Shown here one piece after another: positions 40,901-50,229 of a stretch of 64,000 bases of DNA. The position numbers were made by a program, and so were the translations under genes. The notes beneath the pieces are model-generated. The model made no database searches and had not been told where the DNA came from. It saw only the letters and a list, made by a program, of their open reading frames with translations. The DNA is taken from IMG/VR virus record IMGVR_UViG_3300035698_007246, positions 159,880 through 223,879 of that record; one strand, given 5' to 3'. The first letter of the stretch is position 1, and the number at the start of each line of letters is the position of its first letter.

Positions 40901-41101
40901 GCACCAACGGCACAAAATACAGAAAAATGGTATGACGCTGAAATTGATGTTAGTAACATGGTTTCAAGAAGAGAAGATGGACATCCAGATACATTATTTG
41001 TGACGATTCAAAGAACTGCTGGTGATTCGCATGGTGGTGATGTTGCATTAATTGCTATTGACGCAAAATATCTTAAATGGTGTGACGGTGGGCATATTTA
41101 A
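37910..41101 (+). CDS. Large virion fibre/spike protein with a pectin-lyase-like beta-helix region
   Basis: VYVSISGTD..GTEIKPYKSIKFAL..LSPGTYNE followed by Asn/Ile/Gly-rich coils; late promoter at 37854. Confidence 0.6.
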   Translation: MKDNKYDKFIEQKRFENDLKDIFENVSKNIKEEKLLTEATKKKAIKNVVVKKPVLKKEPKQYVPPKPQNNAMFIAAEKFIPNNFQKKDIGVDINALAATLKADPNFMARIQPRPSFGNMGSGLGHKEAQQLIDASIALIPSSSSVSAVNVPFDNTSTTLSGTDLQNTTEELDDKIVYLSANPSNTFDEIQLDINYTSAGNPAWQEGLVFYDVGNKCPAYYGDKSDVTTQIGQEGQVRVINKTGVAIPNGSPVEITSASDGLPMVENAVSKIGTTHIIGIATHDIADDDTGLATMFGTVSDVDLSSFTVEDSLYLSTSAGVYVNTPLASPYSTVEIGHVVDNSVSGKLLVSIQHKSLTVDNINQVYVSISGTDSVDVDGTEIKPYKSIKFALNQITDNDNTHRYIVLLSPGTYNEDNPIQLKSFVDIKAIGHKQVTTVVANNDDTLFLGAHKTNVESVGMKGYVDKFVVDMSVSGNMKIEGIGVQDSNGIYINDDNAIVKINNITFSTNTGTVDKGFDIHSGNIIIRQTDVFDESDVNTLFNINGINSIVTIKDVVSFSPNLHTGFDISTSARCVINDINIIAPTHGVVVNDGANIRLNSSSFFNCVDSGLINTSGAPVKVGLQGITFDDNTNYDVYSDVSGSLFFGNGFIELSKVYAGTGVKMYGMSIDLFAGDEGVNILGELHVGTPEGPAESVFGEGDSYTRGMLVYTYNAATSAYTDVSSEAGTSTGSTFAFPGNAVDNAIYIGSTLKNQGNYVPHYGYKNTIVSAHDGTGYIIAEIWDGSNWIEINNMTTEGNAPYYPESDKMLAHHGSHHVRYNAYITTATWIPNDDVGYGENIYWSRLRISSSTDIAPILEQIKIHSNRMEINADGWPEYFGKARPVGTLPWDSGLLEAAAASPGNQDIYLSDTLDIGRVENKFANGATDRMGFLSPLPLDCDTSTPIKISWSVRSDDNTGGNIDWVVRSGFSSPGGPIYGDDATAPTSATTQIDNVFTSAAPTAQNTEKWYDAEIDVSNMVSRREDGHPDTLFVTIQRTAGDSHGGDVALIAIDAKYLKWCDGGHI

Positions 41102-41404
41102 ATGAAATGTATACAATGTGGTAATTGCTGTACTAATAAACAAACAGACCATATTCCTCTTGATAAATCAGATATAAAGAGGTGGTGAGAAGACGCACCC
41201 CATTTATTAACAATTGATATGTTGCATGAATGGAGTATGTTTGGAGTCACTGGTAAATATAATGAAAAGGGAATGTGTCCATTTCTTTTATATTATGATG
41301 GTAATTTTTTTTGTAAAATACACGATTTAAAACCAAAAGTCTGCCGGGAATTTGTTCCAGGGGCAGAACATTCTATTGCATATTGTGGATGTAATGCTAA
41401 ATAG
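41102..41404 (+). pseudogene. YkgJ-family (CxxCxxCC) cysteine-cluster protein interrupted by an in-frame TGA at 41186-41188
   Basis: MKCIQCGNCC...DIKRW*EDAPH...CPFL...CKIHDLKPKVCREF in a single frame. Confidence 0.75.
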
Positions 41405-41428
41405 TATAAATACATATAAGGAGACAAA

Positions 41429-41854
41429 ATGAAACATATTGAATATATAAATAAACTTATATCAGAAAATGATGAGACAGCAGACTTAGCTATTGATGGT
41501 GGTGGTCTTGCTGACGAAAAAGGGTTTACTGAAAAAGACGCTGATGAGAAAGAACTCGACATGGGAATAGATGTTGAATTGGAACATACTTCAGATGAAG
41601 ATATGGCGAAAAAAATCACCCTTGACCATTTATCAGAGATTCCTGATTATTACACTCGCCTTGCTAAAATGGAAGAGGAAGCATTTGCTGAATTGGAAGA
41701 ACCTGAAGCATTGGAAGAGCGTAAAAAGAAACGTAAGAAAAAGCGTAAGTCAAGAAAAAGAAATCTATACAGAGGATTCATTGGTGGTTATGGTTGGGGT
41801 GGAACATCTGATGGTGACGGAGGAGATTCCGGTGGTGATGGTGGAGGTGAATAA
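41429..41854 (+). CDS. DUF5661-like protein
   Basis: ELDMGIDVELEHT..AKKITLDHLSEIPDYYTRL; TATAAATA at 41405. Confidence 0.7.
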   Translation: MKHIEYINKLISENDETADLAIDGGGLADEKGFTEKDADEKELDMGIDVELEHTSDEDMAKKITLDHLSEIPDYYTRLAKMEEEAFAELEEPEALEERKKKRKKKRKSRKRNLYRGFIGGYGWGGTSDGDGGDSGGDGGGE

Positions 41855-42534
41855 TGTCAGTATTTGAAGAATTAAATAAATTATTTCAAAAAACAAATGA
41901 TGAAATTGTCAAAGAAAAGAAAAAGAAAATGAAAATGTTACCGGGATGGCATGGATTAGATACTCCTCATGCTGGTAGTGCAGGTATTAGTGAAAGTGAA
42001 AATATGAATGAATTAAAAGATTTTTATGAAAAAAGAACTGAAAGACATATTGGATTAGTTAATAAATATTCTGATTTGATAAAAGAAAAGTTTAATGAAT
42101 TTTCTAATATTGAATTTGATGACCATGACGCAAGTAAATATAAAGAGCCAGAATATACTCCTTATTTACATATAACATGGAAATACAAATGTCAAAATGA
42201 TGGTAGCCCAGAATATCAACCACCAGAAGGCATGGAAGATAAAATGAAAAATGCAAGCAATTATCATATAACACATAATCGACATCACCCAGAATATTGG
42301 GTTGATGGTGATATCAATAATATTGAAGACCCATTTGATGTAACAGAAATGAGTAACGTTGCAATAGCTGAAATGGTTGCTGATTGGTGTGCAATGAGTG
42401 AAGAAATTGGAAAAAATACACCGAGAGAATGGGCGGATGATAATATTGGAAAAAAATGGAAATTTGATGAAATTCAAAAGGAATTGATTTATAAATTGAT
42501 AAATAATATTTGGGATGTGAAAAAGGAGAAATAA
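41854..42534 (+). CDS. DUF5662-like HD-fold protein
   Basis: RHIGLV..HDASK..HITHNRHHPEYW..EMVADW. Confidence 0.7.
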   Translation: MSVFEELNKLFQKTNDEIVKEKKKKMKMLPGWHGLDTPHAGSAGISESENMNELKDFYEKRTERHIGLVNKYSDLIKEKFNEFSNIEFDDHDASKYKEPEYTPYLHITWKYKCQNDGSPEYQPPEGMEDKMKNASNYHITHNRHHPEYWVDGDINNIEDPFDVTEMSNVAIAEMVADWCAMSEEIGKNTPREWADDNIGKKWKFDEIQKELIYKLINNIWDVKKEK

Positions 42535-42657
42535 TGAAATTTTATTTTAAGACTATTGATAGTGCAGATAGTGTGAAGGTTGATATTAAATTTGAATTAA
42601 CACATGGTGATATTAAATTTAAAGGAAAATAAATTTAGATAAATAATAGAGAGATTA

Positions 42658-42960
42658 TTGATGTATAAATGTGAATCACCAATATGTAATGGATATGAAA
42701 CAAAATATAGAAATCAAATTAATTTTCATCATATAGTACCACGGGAATTGAAAGGTCCTAATAAGAATAATAATTTAATTTGTGTTTGTCCAAATTGTCA
42801 TTCTCGGATTTTTATTAATGAATCAACAAATGGTATTCATGCTATAAAGACAAAAAATAGTATAATTATAAATGGTTGGTTACAATCCACGGCTGGTAAA
42901 GTATTAGAATATATAGATAAAAATGGTGATACACAATATCATGGAGTAAAAAATGGATAA
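42658..42960 (+). CDS. Small HNH endonuclease
   Basis: C..C..FHHIVPRELKG.N..NLICVCPNCH. Confidence 0.8.
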   Translation: MMYKCESPICNGYETKYRNQINFHHIVPRELKGPNKNNNLICVCPNCHSRIFINESTNGIHAIKTKNSIIINGWLQSTAGKVLEYIDKNGDTQYHGVKNG

Positions 42961-43360
42961 AATATATGAAACATTTTTAGATGAACTCGATTCTATTCTT
43001 AGTAGAGGATTAGAGAAGTCTAAGGATACAATAAATGTAAAAGATGTTGAAAAACGTCAAGATAAAAATCGTGATGGTATTGATGTAAAAGATACAAAAT
43101 CTAATTACAATGATGGTAAGGCTGTACTTGACCAAAATTTCGTTAGTAAATTGATGACATATATTGATAGTCTTTTTCCGAATGATACGAAATTGGATAG
43201 CAGTATATCATATGAATTACGTAAAGTGATTAATGTTGGTGATGGAAAAGAATTGAAAAAGGTTAGAACTAAAGTCCGTGATTTAGTAAATAAAGAAAAA
43301 ATGAAAATGATTGATAAATTAATTACACGATTATCTAAAGTATTGGTGGAGCCTAAGTAA
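42953..43360 (+). CDS. Hypothetical protein
   Basis: GGAG Shine-Dalgarno, overlapping neighbours. Confidence 0.6.
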   Translation: MDKIYETFLDELDSILSRGLEKSKDTINVKDVEKRQDKNRDGIDVKDTKSNYNDGKAVLDQNFVSKLMTYIDSLFPNDTKLDSSISYELRKVINVGDGKELKKVRTKVRDLVNKEKMKMIDKLITRLSKVLVEPK

Positions 43361-43785
43361 TGCAACGTGAAAATATTGATAATATCATTTCATATATTTT
43401 AATAAAAAAATTAGTAACACCGATTGTTCGGTCAAAATCATACAAGATGGGGTTAGTGAATAGTGCTGGGCGTGTTGTTCGAAACCCCGAATCAGAAGAA
43501 GAGAGACATTCATTGACAGTGTTGGACAGATTGATATTTAAATTGAAACGTTTGCTTGGAAGTAAATTAATTAATTTAAATAGTTTTTTATATTTGTCAA
43601 CATTGAGAAATGATTTTTATAATAAAATTGTTGTTAAAGGTAGTATCGACCAAAGAGCTGAAATAGTTAGGATTAAAAGAGACATCCAACGTCTTTCTGA
43701 AAAGTATGATATGGATGACAAACAACTTATGGATACTCTTATTGTCGAGACAATACAAAATAAGGGAGATGGCGATGTCTTATAA
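43360..43785 (+). CDS. Conserved T4-like hypothetical protein upstream of the portal
   Basis: LVTP..AYK-like SYKMGLV..G..T.LDRLIFKLKRLL pattern. Confidence 0.6.
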   Translation: MQRENIDNIISYILIKKLVTPIVRSKSYKMGLVNSAGRVVRNPESEEERHSLTVLDRLIFKLKRLLGSKLINLNSFLYLSTLRNDFYNKIVVKGSIDQRAEIVRIKRDIQRLSEKYDMDDKQLMDTLIVETIQNKGDGDVL

Positions 43786-43987
43786 GAAATATCTTGATGA
43801 ATTTAAGTTTAATACAAAAGAACAACTTGATACATTTAAAGAAACAGTTGTTAATTCAAAAGAATTTGTGGGTGTGTTTTTGGACTTAACAGAAGGTAAA
43901 GAATATGAACGAAAGAATAGTCTTTTTGATTCTTTAATGACATCAATTGAACATGCATATGAAAATACTTTAAAGCTGGGGGAATAA
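43775..43987 (+). CDS. Hypothetical small protein (possible internal head protein)
   Basis: AGGGAG Shine-Dalgarno; N-terminus MSYKKYLDE. Confidence 0.55.
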   Translation: MSYKKYLDEFKFNTKEQLDTFKETVVNSKEFVGVFLDLTEGKEYERKNSLFDSLMTSIEHAYENTLKLGE

Positions 43988-43988
43988 T

Positions 43989-44318
43989 ATGGCTGATATG
44001 GGACAAATGAAAATGAAGGTTGATAAATATAGAACAGATATTGAAAAAATAGATGAACAAATTGATAAACATCACATGGCTATCAATAAACTGAGAGAAG
44101 ATAAAGAAAAACTTCAAAAGCAAGTTGATGATATAACTGGAGTCCAAAATGAAGAATCGGACGCGGGAATAACAACAACAACCGCCGGGAATGTTTCTAA
44201 GTTGGGTGGTAAAGGTAATTATGCACCTAAGATTGGAATGATTATGAAAAGAAAGAAAAAGAAAAAGAAAAATGAAAATGCAGCAATTGATTATCTGGAT
44301 ACATTACTTGAAGAGTAG
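43989..44318 (+). CDS. Hypothetical coiled-coil protein
   Basis: GGGGA Shine-Dalgarno, tight packing. Confidence 0.55.
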   Translation: MADMGQMKMKVDKYRTDIEKIDEQIDKHHMAINKLREDKEKLQKQVDDITGVQNEESDAGITTTTAGNVSKLGGKGNYAPKIGMIMKRKKKKKKNENAAIDYLDTLLEE

Positions 44319-44327
44319 GAGTTTATA

Positions 44328-46148
44328 ATGGGTGTTGGGGATTATTTTAATTTTAATAAATATGCTAAGTTCTTTAAAGTCGGTAGAATGTCTGAAGACC
44401 TTAAGCAAAGAGAGACATTGATTAATAGTCAGGGATATTCTCAAGAACAACTTGATATGGGTATGACGGGTGATTCCGCTCATGCTGATAACATTTATAA
44501 TGGGATGACTACAATCAACGTTCAGTTTGACCAATATTTTAATAATAAAGCTCAACGTATTGCAACATATCGAGAGATGTCAAGATTTCCTGAAATCTCA
44601 GATGCTATTGATATTATATGTGATGACGCAATGAGTGAATCATCAAAAGGTAATATGGTTGAACTTGATATTAAAGAAGAGTTACCGACACATATTGAAG
44701 ATGAAATTAGAAAGCAGTGGGATTATTTACTGGGGGATGTGTTTAATTTCAATAATTTGGCGTGGGATTTTTTCAGACGTTGGCTTGTAGAAGGTGAATT
44801 ATACACTGAGTTGATTTTGAACAATGAAGGTGATGATATTTATGGGTTTAAAATTTTACCTGCACACACGATGGTTCCTGTTTATGCAGATACTCATGTT
44901 GATGGGTATGTTCAATCATTGAAACCAATTATGTTGGATGGTTCTCAAAATTATGGGGTTCCTGCTACAGATGATGAAAATGTATATTTCGATAAAGACC
45001 AAATCGTATATATCAACTATGGCGAGTTTGGTAGAAATAAGTATGATGTTATAGGGTTCTTAGAAGCCTCTGTAAGAACGTATAATCAATTAAAGAATTT
45101 AGAGGACGCTGTGGTAATATATCGTATCGTTCGTGCTCCTGAGAGACGTATATGGAATATTGGTACAGGTAGAATGCCTAAAGTTAAAGCTGATGAATTT
45201 GTGCAAGGTGTTATGCAACGTTATCGTAAGAGAATTAAATATGATTCTTCGACAGGTGCGATGGATTCATCTCAAAATGTATTTGCTATGGTTGAGGATT
45301 TTTGGTTTTCAAAAAGTGATGATAATGATGGCACAACAGTAACACAATTAGAATCAGGTCAAAATCTTGGTGAAATGCAAGATGTTGAATATTTCCTTAA
45401 GAAACTTTACAAAACTCTTAAACTTCCTTCTTCTCGTTGGGGAGATGTTGAAGGCACTCATATGTATTCTACTGGTAAATCTGGTGAAATTACTCGTGAA
45501 GAAATTAAGTTTAGTCGTTTCGTGGAAAGACTTCAAAAGAAATTTAAACCATTGTTAATGGAATCGTTTATCACGTTGTTAAGAATTCGTAACGTTGTTG
45601 ATGATGTTTATATTGATGAAAATCTATATAATGTAATTTTCACTGAAAGTAATATCTTTAAAGAATATAAAGAATTAGAATTATTGGAAACACGATTTGG
45701 ATTACTTGGTGCTATTGAAGCATATATTTACAAACCAGAAGAGAATGAAAATGGGTATTTTTCAAAAGAATTTGTTCTCCGTAATTGGTTTATGATGTCT
45801 GATGAAGAGTATGATAAAAATAAAGAATTATTAGAAAGTGAAAAAGCTGCTGCTACACAAGCACAAGCTGCTGTGGGTGCTGCTGAAGGAGACGAATCCC
45901 CTGAAGGATTTGGTACTGGGGGTGGAGATACTGGTGGTGGGTTTGGTGGAGAAGATACTGGTGAAGAGGAAGGTTTTGGTGATGAAGAGGGTAAGGAATT
46001 CCAAGCTGACCCAGAATCACCAGGTGAAGAGCTTGAACCAGAAGCACCTGCTGAAAGTATAAAGAATATGAATAATTCAATACTTAGCGAATTTGTTAAG
46101 ATTGATAGAGAAATGAAAAATAAAAAACGTAAATTGTTAGGAGAATAA
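44328..46148 (+). CDS. gp20: Portal protein (T4 gp20)
   Basis: YREMSRFPEISDAI, FRRWLVEG, NQLKNLEDAVVIYRIVRAPERR, EDFW, ITREEIKF. Confidence 0.95.
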   Translation: MGVGDYFNFNKYAKFFKVGRMSEDLKQRETLINSQGYSQEQLDMGMTGDSAHADNIYNGMTTINVQFDQYFNNKAQRIATYREMSRFPEISDAIDIICDDAMSESSKGNMVELDIKEELPTHIEDEIRKQWDYLLGDVFNFNNLAWDFFRRWLVEGELYTELILNNEGDDIYGFKILPAHTMVPVYADTHVDGYVQSLKPIMLDGSQNYGVPATDDENVYFDKDQIVYINYGEFGRNKYDVIGFLEASVRTYNQLKNLEDAVVIYRIVRAPERRIWNIGTGRMPKVKADEFVQGVMQRYRKRIKYDSSTGAMDSSQNVFAMVEDFWFSKSDDNDGTTVTQLESGQNLGEMQDVEYFLKKLYKTLKLPSSRWGDVEGTHMYSTGKSGEITREEIKFSRFVERLQKKFKPLLMESFITLLRIRNVVDDVYIDENLYNVIFTESNIFKEYKELELLETRFGLLGAIEAYIYKPEENENGYFSKEFVLRNWFMMSDEEYDKNKELLESEKAAATQAQAAVGAAEGDESPEGFGTGGGDTGGGFGGEDTGEEEGFGDEEGKEFQADPESPGEELEPEAPAESIKNMNNSILSEFVKIDREMKNKKRKLLGE

Positions 46149-46150
46149 TA

Positions 46151-46336
46151 ATGAATGTATCAGCAACACTAAATGGTGAAAGTGTCAATATAGTAAGTGT
46201 TGACGCTCAAGGAAATATCGCAAATGTGACATATGTTGATAGTGCTAATGAATTGAGAGTAACAAAAATTGTATGGAGTATGGGTGGTGGTGGTGAATCT
46301 ACACTATACATAGCGTCTGGTGCAACGATAGTTTAA
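46151..46336 (+). CDS. Hypothetical small protein
   Basis: ORF with GGAG Shine-Dalgarno after the portal gene. Confidence 0.5.
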   Translation: MNVSATLNGESVNIVSVDAQGNIANVTYVDSANELRVTKIVWSMGGGGESTLYIASGATIV

Positions 46337-46429
46337 GTGTTTGATTTAACGATAATTATAATTATTCTTTTTATAACTAAAAAGAAATTGTATAAATAAT
46401 AATATAGGGAAATTTATTAAGGAGAAAAA

Positions 46430-46618
46430 ATGCCAAAATCAATTATGAAAACGGTTTTAGATAGTGATTGGGCAGGTCTTAAAAAGAATATTGAAACTAA
46501 GACTGCAATAAAGATTAAATCACGTATCGAAGAGAAGAAGGCACAAGTTCTTGCTAATTTGAATGGTGTTACACCAGAACAAATGGCTGAAGTTCTTGCT
46601 ATTGCAAAAGACAAATAA
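46430..46618 (+). CDS. Putative prohead core protein (gp67/gp68 position)
   Basis: TATAAATA at 46391, AAGGAG Shine-Dalgarno, position between gp20 and gp21. Confidence 0.55.
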   Translation: MPKSIMKTVLDSDWAGLKKNIETKTAIKIKSRIEEKKAQVLANLNGVTPEQMAEVLAIAKDK

Positions 46619-46622
46619 TATA

Positions 46623-46710
46623 TGAGAGGGACAGAGATTAATTACCTTTTCCTGAAACCTTTATGAGTAAGGATTACCTCTTAATTAAAAATCTATAAAG
46701 GAGATTGATA
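46623..46710 (+). ncRNA. Structured cis-regulatory RNA leader, copy B
   Basis: TGAGAGG-GACA-GAG[attaattac]CTT-T-TCCT[gaaaCCTTTATgagta]AGGA-TTA-CCTCTTA...ATAAAGGAG..ATG. Confidence 0.8.
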
Positions 46711-47103
46711 ATGGAAAGTAAATTTTATACATATGTGTATCTTGACATGAGAAAATCAAGAAAATATAAATATGGACAAATTGCTAATAGAAGTGGTGAG
46801 AATAATTCAAATTTTGGAAATAATTGGTCAGAAAAACAAAAAGAAAAAGCGTCTAAACTTCATAAAGGTAAGTGGATAGGTGATAAAAATCCAAGTAAAA
46901 TAAATCCTAAATGTGGTATGATAAATGGTATATCACAATATAAATATTATTTGTATGATAATGATGTTCTTATTGACGAAGGTTATAGTTTAACATTAAT
47001 GAGTAGAGAGAATAATTTGAATTATAATATGTTAAGAAAAATTTCAAAAAATGGAAATAAATATTTAAAACGATATATAATTAAAAGAGAAAAATGGAGA
47101 TAA
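46711..47103 (+). CDS. Internally deleted GIY-YIG-type endonuclease retaining NUMOD3 DNA-binding repeats
   Basis: N-terminal FYTYVYLDMRKSRKYKYG matches 60478 (FYVYVYLDPRKPGKYKYG) but jumps straight to GENNSNFG/GDKNP repeats; YVGKG, catalytic Arg and Glu absent. Confidence 0.7.
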   Translation: MESKFYTYVYLDMRKSRKYKYGQIANRSGENNSNFGNNWSEKQKEKASKLHKGKWIGDKNPSKINPKCGMINGISQYKYYLYDNDVLIDEGYSLTLMSRENNLNYNMLRKISKNGNKYLKRYIIKREKWR

Positions 47104-47107
47104 TATA

Positions 47108-47782
47108 ATGGCGAAATTATTAACAGAATATATTGTTGATATTGATATCTTAAAAGAAGATGTTGAGATTGATGGTGAAAAGAAAAAAGAGTATTATTTA
47201 AAAGGCCCTTTTCTTGAGGCTGATGTGTTGAATCTAAATGGTAGAAAATATATGATTGATACTATTACTCGTGAAGTTAAAAAATTTAATGAAACAAAGA
47301 TTAGTAAAAATCGTTCAGTGGGTGAATTAGACCACCCACCAGACCCAACTGTAAATTTGGATAGAGTTTCACATATTATAACTGAGTTAAAGATGGTTGA
47401 TAATGTTGGGTATGGGATTGCAAAAATTCTTGATACACCAATGGGAAAAATTATAAAAAAACTTATTGATGGTGGAGTTTCTCTTGGGATGTCAACACGG
47501 GGAGTTGGGTCACTTGATGGTGAATTTGTAAAAGACGATTATTCATTAATTACCATCGATGCTGTTTGTCAACCATCAGCACCATCAGCTTATGTCGAAG
47601 GTGTTCTTGAAAACAAAGAATATATTATAGGTGAAAATGGTGAAATTGTCGAAAAGGCTATAGAAATTTTACAAAAAAGAGTGGATACAAAATCTAATAA
47701 ATATGACCGTAAAGATGTGTCAAAACTCACTTTACAATATATGTTGGAATTTATTGATACAATAAAAGCTAAGACAATTTAA
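47108..47782 (+). CDS. gp21: Prohead core protease (T4 gp21)
   Basis: GPFLEA..NLNGRKY..GELDHP..VSH..DTPMG..GMSTRGVGS..DAVCQPSAPSAYV. Confidence 0.93.
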   Translation: MAKLLTEYIVDIDILKEDVEIDGEKKKEYYLKGPFLEADVLNLNGRKYMIDTITREVKKFNETKISKNRSVGELDHPPDPTVNLDRVSHIITELKMVDNVGYGIAKILDTPMGKIIKKLIDGGVSLGMSTRGVGSLDGEFVKDDYSLITIDAVCQPSAPSAYVEGVLENKEYIIGENGEIVEKAIEILQKRVDTKSNKYDRKDVSKLTLQYMLEFIDTIKAKTI

Positions 47783-47850
47783 AAAAAATTATGAATTTTA
47801 TGTGTACCAATTATAAATACTTATGTGGATAATTATTAGGAGGAAAAATA

Positions 47851-48705
47851 ATGTCAAAGAAAATAACTCAAAAAATCAAGGAAATGCTTACACCTGAAGA
47901 CCTTAAGGTTTTTGAAAGTGTAATTGAAAATATGATTAAGGGTCGTGTAACAAAGAAAGTTACTGAGCAAGTGGCATTGCGTGAAACTGCAATGAAAAAA
48001 GAATTTGCTAAACTTTCTGAAGAGTTCTGCGTTAAAGAAGTAGCAGACCGCTTAGAAAACGAAAAAGCAAAATTGATTGAAGGATACGACAAAAAACTTG
48101 TTAATCTGGAAACTAAAATTGTATCACGTCTTGATTCATTTCTTGAAAGTACTATTAATGAACAAATTTCAGATGAAATGCTTGAAAAAGTAGCAATCAA
48201 TGAAACTTTGCTTCCACTTGTTAATACTTTAAGAGAAGCATTTGCTAAACATTATGTTGAAATAGATTCAACAGGCGAAAAAACAATTAAAGACTTAAAA
48301 GAAAAAACTGACAAGAAAGAAAAAGAATTATCAGAATCAATTGCTCAGAATATGGACTATGAAGAAAAATTGGAAAAAGCTGGTATACTCTTGATGATTT
48401 CTGAAAAAACAAATGGGTTGACAGAATCTGAAAAGAAACATGTCGTTTCAACATTTGTAGGCAGAAAATTCGAAGAAGTAGATGAAAAGATTGATGACTT
48501 CATTACAGTGCTTAAAGAAGGTGCAAAAAAGACTACTAAGAAAAAAAAGAAACTTACTGAATCAGTTAAAAAGAAAACTGGACGTGTAATTTCTGAAAAT
48601 GATGGTGTCCAACCTATTAAGAAAACTGTTGTAAAACAAAGTGTTATCAATGAAGAAAAGAAAGAACAGTCAATGGCTGATATAGCCAATGAATACATTT
48701 TTTAA
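47851..48705 (+). CDS. gp22: Prohead core scaffold protein (T4 gp22-like)
   Basis: Glu/Lys-rich coiled coil between gp21 and gp23; TATAAATA at 47812. Confidence 0.8.
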   Translation: MSKKITQKIKEMLTPEDLKVFESVIENMIKGRVTKKVTEQVALRETAMKKEFAKLSEEFCVKEVADRLENEKAKLIEGYDKKLVNLETKIVSRLDSFLESTINEQISDEMLEKVAINETLLPLVNTLREAFAKHYVEIDSTGEKTIKDLKEKTDKKEKELSESIAQNMDYEEKLEKAGILLMISEKTNGLTESEKKHVVSTFVGRKFEEVDEKIDDFITVLKEGAKKTTKKKKKLTESVKKKTGRVISENDGVQPIKKTVVKQSVINEEKKEQSMADIANEYIF

Positions 48706-48775
48706 GAAAATACATAAATACTAATAAGAATATAAAAAAAGAAATCGAATCTTTTAATTATATGGAGGATATTAA

Positions 48776-50092
48776 ATGAAAACACGTAGGGAACTAATAA
48801 AAAGATGGTCTGAATGCTCAGGACCAATGAGCATTAGCAACGTAAGTGACCCTTATGTGAGAGAGAACTTAGCGGTTCTTTTGAACAATCAAGAATCTAA
48901 AGATATGAACGGAAATCAAATCTTTATGGAAGCCAATGATGGTACTATTAATACTACTAATCTTGACGCTTCAAATATTAACTGGAGATTCCGTCCTGTT
49001 GCATTGGCATTGATGAGAAGAACTTTCCCTGACTTGTTTGCTAACAAGACTGTGGGAGTACAAGCTATGAATACACCTGTTGGTCTTTCATACGCTCTTC
49101 GTTTCACATATGATAAAACAGGAACTGGACAAGAAGCAGCTTGGGATGCCCCTGACTACCACGGTGGTTATACAGGTTCTCCTGGTACTTCAGCAGCATT
49201 AGCACAAATCTTCGGAAGTGGTGCTCTTTCTGCACAAAATGCAGGTATCTATGATACATCTGGAACAGGTCTCGCAACAAGTGCTGGTGAAGCTCTTCAA
49301 ATTTTTGAAGGATGTATGCCGGGTGCGTGTTCAGGTCAACCAGAATGGAAACAATTAGGTCTTCGTATTGATAGAACAGCAATCGAAGCAGAATCAAGAA
49401 AAATTGCAACAAGTTTTTCACTTGAAGCAGCTCAAGACATCAAAGCGATGCATGGAGTTGAAATTGAGAGGGAAATGGTTAATGTATTGCAGTACGAAAT
49501 TACTGCTGAACTTGACAGACAACTTCTATACAGAATGAAACTTGCTTCTGTAAACGTGGCTAATGGTGGTGCTTCAATCACATCTATTAACTGTGCTACA
49601 GGTGGAGACATTGATGGTAGATGGTCTGGTGAAAAATACATGAATATCGTTGCTTCTATTATTCATCAAGCAAATGTAATCGCAACTTCAACAAGACGTG
49701 GACCTGGAAATTTCGTAATTGTGTCTCCTGCAATCGCTTCTTGCTTACAAGCTGCTGGTCACCAATTTGTTCAGTATGATAGTAAAGTAAATCCAACAAC
49801 AGTTCTTGCTTCAATCGGTAGACTTAACGGTTCTATTGAAGTATACAGAGACCAATATGCTCGTGCAGATTATGCACTTGTAGGTTACAAAGGTCCTGGA
49901 GTTTCTGACGCTGGTATAATCTTTAGTCCATATATTATGGGTCTTCAGAATAGAGCCATCTCACCGGACGACTTTAGTCCAAGAATTGGAGTTATGTCAA
50001 GATATGCTATTACAGATAGTTTACTTGGTAGTGGAAGATATTATAGACTTTTGAGTTTCTACAATGTTAATCAAATTATTGCTGGTGCGTAA
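48776..50092 (+). CDS. gp23: Major capsid protein (T4 gp23-like)
   Basis: LAVLLNNQE, GVQAMNTPVGL, IEAESRK, EAAQDIKAMHG, EITAELDR, GYKG, PRIGVMSRY. Confidence 0.95.
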   Translation: MKTRRELIKRWSECSGPMSISNVSDPYVRENLAVLLNNQESKDMNGNQIFMEANDGTINTTNLDASNINWRFRPVALALMRRTFPDLFANKTVGVQAMNTPVGLSYALRFTYDKTGTGQEAAWDAPDYHGGYTGSPGTSAALAQIFGSGALSAQNAGIYDTSGTGLATSAGEALQIFEGCMPGACSGQPEWKQLGLRIDRTAIEAESRKIATSFSLEAAQDIKAMHGVEIEREMVNVLQYEITAELDRQLLYRMKLASVNVANGGASITSINCATGGDIDGRWSGEKYMNIVASIIHQANVIATSTRRGPGNFVIVSPAIASCLQAAGHQFVQYDSKVNPTTVLASIGRLNGSIEVYRDQYARADYALVGYKGPGVSDAGIIFSPYIMGLQNRAISPDDFSPRIGVMSRYAITDSLLGSGRYYRLLSFYNVNQIIAGA

Positions 50093-50137
50093 TTAGTTTA
50101 CAAAGTAGTTAGCAAGATATAAACGCTATGGAAATAT

Positions 50138-50172
50138 AAGGGTGGGTGAATTTATTCACCTGCCCTTTTTTT
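50138..50172 (+). terminator. Rho-independent terminator after the major capsid gene
   Basis: AAGGGTGGGTGAAT-TT-ATTCACCTGCCCTT stem followed by a T run. Confidence 0.85.
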
Positions 50173-50229
50173 GTTTAAGGTATAAATATAAATGAAAGTA
50201 AGTTTAATTTTTAGTTTGGAGGTTTGAAT

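Noticed and set aside
41186-41188. Genome-wide TGA or TAG stop-codon reassignment, or selenocysteine
   Set aside because: TGA terminates other genes (primase at 8206, ORF at 19727), core genes are uninterrupted in the standard code, and this TGA is not at a conserved Cys position.
42534-42632. 32-codon ORF coupled (TAATG) to the DUF5662-like gene
   Set aside because: Plausible, but too short and featureless to support as a gene.
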